From the NCBI RefSeq assembly GCF_009914755.1, contig NC_060925.1: 64,000 bases of DNA; one strand, 5' to 3'. Made by a program: the position numbers and the translations under genes. Positions within the stretch are counted from its first letter, which is position 1, and the number at the start of each line of letters is the position of its first letter. The DNA comes from the human T2T-CHM13v2.0 reference genome, Homo sapiens. This document shows, piece after piece, positions 56,400-64,000 of this stretch. The notes under the pieces are model-generated. The model was not told the origin of the DNA. It made no database searches and saw only the letters and a list, made by a program, of their open reading frames with translations.

Positions 56400-59300
56400 T
56401 CTAAGGTGGAATGTAATGGTGTTAGACCAAGAGGACAAATCATAAGGAACAATAAGGCCAAATTTATTGTCATGGGTGCACTTTACCCATTTAATTAATA
56501 CAATGTCCGAAGTACCTGGGAATGGCTTTAATAGTTTAATAGGTTCACTAATTGAAAACTGAACTCAGTAGTGGTTTACAGTCAGGTAGGTCAAGGCCAG
56601 GCACGGTAGCTCATGCCTGTAATTCCAGCACTTTGGGAGGCTGAGACAGGAAGATCGCTTGAGCCCAGGAGTTAAAAACCAGCAACAAAGTGAGACATGG
56701 TCTTTATAAAAACAAAAACAAAACAGGCAGTTAGGTCAAAATGCTCAAACTACCTGGCATTCTGTACACGAAGGAGTCCAAAAGCTCAGGAAGATAGGAA
56801 TGTTGGAGAAAATCTACATGTGCAACCTGCTTGGCCAAGTCACATCTAAACATGCACACCCTCCACCCATTCTCCTTTTACCAAGGTGTTGATAAATGCA
56901 TTAACTAATAAAAAGGACTCCAGCATCCATGAAAAGACCTGGGTGACTATTTTTTATAGGCCAGAAATGATGATAGAGGATCAATAATGAAAATAGGTTC
57001 TCTGATCTCCATGTGAATTATATGATCCACAAGTGGTCAAAGTCGATTGGCACTTAATAGACAAGGTGGTATAGTTCTTACCACAATATGCTAATGGCAG
57101 AATTGTAATTAGAGGCAGGGATCTGTGGCAATGGCCAGTTTCTCAAGGGCCCTATAAATAAGATGAGCTATATACTATGGTGCTGCCTAACATATATAGG
57201 CAGAGAAATACCACATATGCAAAGCAAAAAACCTAACTGAAGCCAATGTTGTGGCAGTTATGCCTTTTACCCACTTTCCAAACTTAAGACAGTTCATACA
57301 CCCAAAGCTCCTTGACTAGAAAGAACCCTGCAACACGAATACCATAAATCTTCTCTCAACAATTCCCCAGAGGGAACTGCAGTCATTTACCCACATGAAT
57401 ATGGATTGGGGGCAGGAACTTGACTTCCTAAGGGTTATTAGATAATGAGATAATAGCTCTGCCTTTCTGCTATACTCCAGAATCCTAAAATGTCACTGTG
57501 GACCACCAGACATAGTGAGAGCTTCTCAAGAACCGGTGACAGATGGCATCTAAGTCAGAATCTGTCTTACCAAGTGTCCTTTGGATCCACCCATTTCCAG
57601 AATATAAAATAGGAACACTTACTGACCACATTCTCACACTGGTTCCTAGATCCAAGGAACAAGGGCAATTATTGGAGAAAGGGCCAAGTGGAAGCCCCTG
57701 AAAATCACCATTTTCCCACCACGGCAATTCAGAGATTATTCTGAATACCTGAGAGATGTTGGGATAGTGATTTTGTCCATATACCCACTTTCTCCACTTA
57801 TTTGGCCAGTGCAAAAGCCAGATAGATTCTGGAAAATGATAGTAGATTATAGCAATTAGGTGATGATGCCAATTATTACACTACAGTTTCAGATGTGTTA
57901 TTTTTATACACAAATCAACATACCTTTGTCAGCTGGTTTGCAGCTATGAATCAAGCAAAATGCATTTTTCTTGTTTTTCCCCATTCATCCAGTATTGAAA
58001 AACCGAAGCACTTTGTACTTAAGTAGTGGTACAATGCTGTAGCATTACTGTCCTGCCTCAGGGCTCGTCAAATTTCCTACCTATACTGTAATATTGTTCA
58101 GAGAGACCTGGATCTTAGTATCACACTGGTCCATTATATTGATGACATTTGCTAATTAAACCTGGTGAGCAAGAAGTACTTGTCAAGAATTGTGTGAGTC
58201 TGAGATTTTATCCCTCTTGCAAGCTAAAGAGTTAGCGTGCCAGTTTCATAAAGGCCAGCAGAAAATATGACAGTTTTGGGTTAGAGACAAGACTTTATTA
58301 TTCACAGAAAAAACAGTAGCTAGAGTGTCAGCATGTTCATTCACATTGATTCCTCCTGCTTCCTAAGTCTCATGGGACCATACAAAGGGCCCTTGATGGA
58401 TGCCTGCACACACAGTGGGTTGTATTACAGGAAAGGAAGAGCGAATTGGAGATTTGACTGTTTTTATAGTACTATGCCTGGGCAGGGAGACATCCTATCG
58501 TCCCTCAAGATTTCTGCAAACACAATCCTGAGAAATGGCCTATGTAGAAATTAATAAGGGCTTCACATTCTTAGCATAGCCAGCAAGAATGTGTAGGCCT
58601 GCTCAGAGCCCATGGTAAGTTGCATCTCTCAACAGGAGCAAGCACTGTGGATGCCAATAATAAAACAAATGTAAACCAGATGGGACAAAGTTCAGGGTCC
58701 TATCACATCTGTAAAGTTTTTAGGGATCCAATGGTCTGAGACATGTCAGGCTATCTCTTCTAAAATAAGAGGCAACTTGTACTTTGTATCATTTGTAAAG
58801 CCTCTTTAGATTTTGGAGGCAATGCATGCATTATTAAGACACATCTCACCAAACCATTTACCTAGTAAACTCTAAGACTGACATTTTTGAGTTAGGCCTG
58901 GAACAAGTAAGATCTCTGCAGTAGGTCTGGGCTGCAATGGCCCAAAACACTCATTCCATGACAATCCAAGATGTGGAATAGAAGCTCTGGCAAGTTTCCA
59001 GAGAAGTATCACAGTACAAAATTCCAGGTTTGGAGAATAAGACTATGCCTTCCTCTGCAGAAAATCATCTATCATTTGAAAAACAGATCCTAATTATGCT
59101 ATTAGGTATGGTAGAGACTGAATGCCTCATCAAAGGACTATAAGTGACTGTGATACAAACTGTTTATTATCAACTATTACCTAATCCAGGGATCAGCAAA
59201 CTATGGCCTAAGGGCTGAATCTGACCCATTGGCTTTTTTTTTTTTTTTTTTTTTTGGCAAATAAAGTTTTACTGGAGCAAGGCCATAAGCATTTATTTAC

Positions 59301-61230
59301 ATATTGTCTATGCCTTCACACTGCAATGGCAGAATAGCTGTGATAGAAAACATATAGCTTGTATAGCCTAAAATATTTAGTGTCTGGCCCTTTACGAAAT
59401 ATTTGCTGACCTGGGATCTAATCTCAAGGACCATAAAATTTGATGTGAAGAGCAACATTGCACTATCAAACAAAAGCAGAATCTACAAGACCAGGGCTAA
59501 GCAGGCCCCAAATACACAAGTAAGTGATACAAACAGGTGATTCAGATTTTAGTAAGTATCTTTTACTACTTCTACTACTTTGCCACTTCCCTCTCTCTCA
59601 AACTACACAGGAAAAACTGGGTATCTCTTAATGATAATTTCACAAGAAAAAAGGCCTGATTTATGAATGAAGCTGTATAGTAGGTCAGACATAAACAGAC
59701 TTACATTACAGCTTCTCCTTAGGGGTGGATGGGAATACTCTCAGTGAGAATTCTGGATGGTATGTTTGGTAGTCCACTTCATAAGGAAGAGAACATGGCC
59801 TAAGGTAAAGCTCTGTGCTGATTCATGGATAATGGCTGACAGGTTGGCCAGCTGGTCAAACCTTTGGAGAAAACAAAATGGAAAATTGGTGACAGCTTGG
59901 TCTGGGGAGGAGCGGTATATAAAAGGGCTTCTCAAAATAGGTATAGGAAGTTAAATTTGTGTTCCATGTAAATGCCCATCAGAGAATATCCATGGCTGAG
60001 AAGGAGCTCAAAAATCAGGTAAAAAGGACAATCTATCCTGTGGAGGTCAGCTTCTTCCCCCAGAGATCCATTTGCTTGCGCGTTGAACCCATTTAGAAAG
60101 TGGCTATGGCAGCAGTGGTGGAGGATAAGAATGGGCTCAAGGTGGTTTCCCTTGCCAAAGCTGATGTGATAAGCCCCTGTGGAGTGCTTAACCTACTGAA
60201 AGAGGCTGATGCTGAACATCCAGTCTAATTCCATTCTCCAGTGGGACCAGCTAACTACCTGTGGCATGTGGTTACATTGAACGCTTTCTATTATGGAAGA
60301 TGCAATATTCTTCCTCTCTGGGATAAATATATTTTTCTGAGTATAGATTACTGTACCTGCCCCCATTATATATATATTTACAGAAAGCTTTATCTATAAA
60401 CCAATGAATATGTAATGGTTTTCACATATGTCCAAAAATTTGTTGCTATCCTCTCTTCAAGAGAGGGAGTTTAATTTGTGTCCCTTGCATGTGGACTAGA
60501 ATTAGTGACAATAGAATACAGAAGTGATACTATATCACTTCCAAGATTAGGTTATAAAAAGACAACAACTGAAATCCTGGGTACGCTCTCTTTTTTGGAT
60601 TGCTTTCAGGAAAGTGGTGTGTGTGTGGAGGGGTGGGGGGAAGGCGGGGCAGGCAGTTGCCATATCACTAGGCAGCCCTGTGGAGAGGCCATGTGATGAA
60701 CTAAGGCCAAAGACCACGAGTGAGCTTGGAAGTAAAGCCATCCCCAGTGAAGCCTCTAGAGATGGCAACTGACTTAACAGCTTGATTTCAATCTCATGAA
60801 AGACCCTGAGCTAAAACCACCCAGCTAAATCCGGCCTAGATTCCTTACCCACAGAAACTTGGAGGTAATAAAAGTTTGTTGTTTTAAGCCACTAAGTTCG
60901 GTATAATGTATTAGACAGCAATAGTAAACTAAGTATCACACACGACATTGGCTATAATCAGAAAACTCATTTTGCAGAAATGTGCTCATGCCTATAGAAT
61001 TTACTGGTCTTCTAACACTCAGAAGCAGCTGCTGAGATAAAATAGAGAAAGTCTATTGGAGGCTCACTTATGGTGCCAGATAGGGATAACAACTTGCAAG
61101 TTTGGGGGTACCATCCTATAGCCTACAGTTTATGCTTTCAACCAACAACCATTTCTCCCATAGCCAGAATGTATGTTTCTGGGAGTGAGGGGGATTAGAG
61201 GTAAGAGTGGCCCCTCTCAATATTATACAG
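56400..61230 (+). mobile_element. Degraded ERVL-class internal region (gag/pol) interrupted by an Alu monomer (56595-56725), an LTR40/41-like LTR (58181-58633), a MER58 (59187-59413) and an MLT1 (60410-60930)
   Basis: RT motifs IWPVQKPD.FWKMIVDY (about 57800-57850) and LVHYIDDI (58126-58149); RNase H-like DSW...LASW (ORF 59757..59954) and HVNAHQ. Confidence 0.8.
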
Positions 61231-61506
61231 AATAACTCATTTCACTAATGAATTTTACTACACTTCAGACTTCTCTCTAAAAAACAGCATAATATGACTA
61301 CTTCAAGCATAAAAGTCATCACTAATATTTGAATTTATATTACACTTAAAATTAGTTTAATGGTTTATACATTTAATATATAAAATATTTCAAAACATAT
61401 AGCTTATGAGAAAATGTTTTAAAATGTGCTGCAAGTTACTTGGTTTCAGAGTACTGCATTCCCATCCTGTGAAAATGTGGTTCAATAAAACCTAGATATG
61501 CTGTAT

Positions 61507-64000
61507 TAGGACCAAAGAACTTTATATTTATTTTAAATATCAAAGTAACACAAAGAACTAGTTCAATATACAGTACACTTCCTACTCTTCACAGAGAACT
61601 GAAATTTTCTATAAAGACATTTATACTTAGGAAACATCAGACAACCAAAGTATGTATAAAACTCACAAGATATTTTACACACAGTTCACAATAATTAATT
61701 CTGATATTTTAGATTTTTCTGTCATTGCTTTTAAAGTATCCTTAATTAAAAACAAAAATTATTATTTGAGACTGAAAACAAGTGCAAAAGCATTTCTACT
61801 TTAATATACACTGTAAATCCCCATAATCAAAACATTTACTACACAATGTGGAACAGCTAAATGCCCAGTTTTGTATTATTTTCTGGCAGCCACACTCATC
61901 AATTGTAATACAGTTTTATCAATAGGGATAAGAAGAGTTCAATCGTTAGAAGGAATAAAAATTTTGTAATTACATCACAGTACATTGTCCAGCTTTAATG
62001 CAAGCAGGAATACCAAGCAAAAAAATACGCAGTAACAATGAGATGTGTACATCCTCTTCATTCAATACATCTTTTAGAATCTCCAACAGCAATGCAAGCA
62101 TTGATTACTTTTCTTTACCTAAGAATTTGACCAAACAAGGTTATATTCTTTGTATAACCTCTGTGCTCTAAATATAATCCTTAATTTCTCCTCTGAATAT
62201 AATCCTTAATTTCTCTTTATGTAATTGGCTGCATAGGCTAAATTTAAATTGTTTTAGGATTTTTCTCAAGATCATAGATTTATGATCATACACAGCAAGT
62301 TGAAACATGAGTAAACAAAACATAAGCACTCTCTCTACAAAAACCTTCTTTTTCTCATCTTCCACACATCTTAATCCTATTACATCTATCTTATTAATGC
62401 TACTTCCAAAGAGAAAGAGCAGAAAGCATGCTAAGATTATAGGGAAAAGGTATCTTAAGTAAAAACAATTTTAGAGGAAATAAGGAGGGGATTCCCTCTA
62501 CCCTCAAAACAAACAAACAAACAAAAAACCCCACATTAGAGAAATGTGGAAAAGGGTAGGATATAAGGAAGAACTGTCTAGTTTCTAGAAGTCGTTTAGA
62601 AAATTATTCTCACATTATCCATTATTCACTCTAACAGCAAGTAGCATTTACTATAACACTACTTAAAGTTTTAGAAATGCTACTTGTAGAATACATTTCT
62701 AGGCATTTTAAATTTGGCACTGAATCTTAGAATATCCAAATACAACCTTCTTTAAAGTCCTAATTTTTCCTGAGTTGATCAACTCATTATATATTGGTTG
62801 GGATGTTGCTGCTCCTAATGAGAAACTCATCTCAAACCATCACCTCTTGTTCAGTTTTAGGCAAACTGAAATAAGGTCATTCAGTGCAGGGCTGTGTAGT
62901 TATGGTTACTGGTTATTTAAAAGACAGAGAAACAGAGACACAGATGCAGACACACTACTCATTTTATTTTACTTGTCAGATTCCTCTAATAAGCATATAG
63001 AGACAGGCCCAAGAGTGGCTTCACAGTAACTATAAAGGCCACAACAGAGATTTTTAAAATGATATATAAATCATAAAAACAAATATTCACACTAACACTT
63101 AGTGCCAATTTGCCTATATAAACATAAAGCAACCTAAAAAAAAAAAGTTGCCCAACCAGCAGGCAACACAATCATAACACCCATAACCAAAAAAAAATAA
63201 AAATAAAAATCTATTAATCAGTACAATCTAGCCAGCAGAATCAACTCTAAGCAACTACAACACATCGAAAAGGCACAAAGCATTCAATGCAGAAAAGACT
63301 GGGTATAAAAGGACACTGTCAAAGAGCTACTGCTCAAAATCTGACATTTCATCACTGATATATGAGAGTGATATGGTAGGAAGAAAACTCAAGCTTATAA
63401 ACATATTAGTTTAACTGTGTTTTTAATTTGTTTGCAATTATATTGAAAAGCAACCAATGATAATTACTTATTAACCCTTAATTAGCAGTTTAGAGTCACC
63501 CTACAAAGATGCTTTGACACTTTTTAAGGTTGATAGAAAATTATTAGTGTACCTATTTCATGACCTGCCATCGCCTAAAAGGAAGTCACCTAATAAAGCA
63601 CCAATTTAAAACCATATTTTTGCTACTCCTATTCTCCCAGCAATAAATGCCTTAATTACTTAAATGTATGCAAAGACTACTATCTTTACAGTTGGTTAAA
63701 TCTTGCTGGCATAAGGACCAACCCCTAACCTTAAATGGGATTTTAGGCTGCAAAAAAAATAGGTTGGGTTTCTTACAAAAATAACCTCAACTTGACTTAA
63801 AAAAATTCGAAGGCAAAAATTATTTTGATAGTGTAGTGTAAAAAATAGGCTTATTTAGCATTTAGTAGTGTTCTCTAAAAAACATAACATTGTATTAATT
63901 AAACTAAGGAAAACAGTATTCTCACTTATAATTGGTTTGTCAGTATGACTATTCCCAGAGTATTTTCTTTTGCTCCTATTTTTATACATATAAACACAAT
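61507..64000 (-). other. ZBTB41: Distal 3' UTR of neighbouring gene (ZBTB41 by recalled synteny)
   Basis: Repeat-free AT-rich unique sequence with minus-strand AATAAA at 61527-32. Gene identity rests on remembered locus order, not on coding sequence in the window. Confidence 0.7.
61527..61532 (-). terminator. Polyadenylation signal AATAAA of the upstream gene
   Basis: TTTATT on +, at the left edge of the unique 3'-UTR-like block. Confidence 0.65.

Overview
Human (primate) genomic DNA from the ASPM locus (chr1q31 by recognition). On the minus strand are the ASPM promoter/CpG island and coding exons 1-21. I traced every splice junction in the sequence: they give 9,294 nt in frame (3,098 aa), and the gene runs off the left edge. 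The right end (about 61.5-64 kb) looks like the distal 3' UTR of the neighbouring gene, ZBTB41 by recalled synteny. Introns and intergenic DNA hold Alu, L1, L2, MIR, Tigger, LTR and ERVL relics and an EEF1A1 3'-UTR retrocopy. The main finding is a 3.85-kb SEPT14 retrocopy in ASPM intron 4 (43452-47304), with a poly(A) tail and a 15-bp target-site duplication. All four Alus inside it, in both orientations, carry a dense strand-specific excess of A>G changes on the transcript strand (roughly 45-50 sites by eye, versus about 6 of the reciprocal class). This looks like a genomic fossil of an ADAR A-to-I hyper-edited germline mRNA that L1 machinery reverse-transcribed. Other notes: a GC-AG intron 4 and two oppositely oriented CDE/CHR elements in the promoter. 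No prokaryotic-type system is present. Repeat subfamily names and consensus comparisons are from memory.
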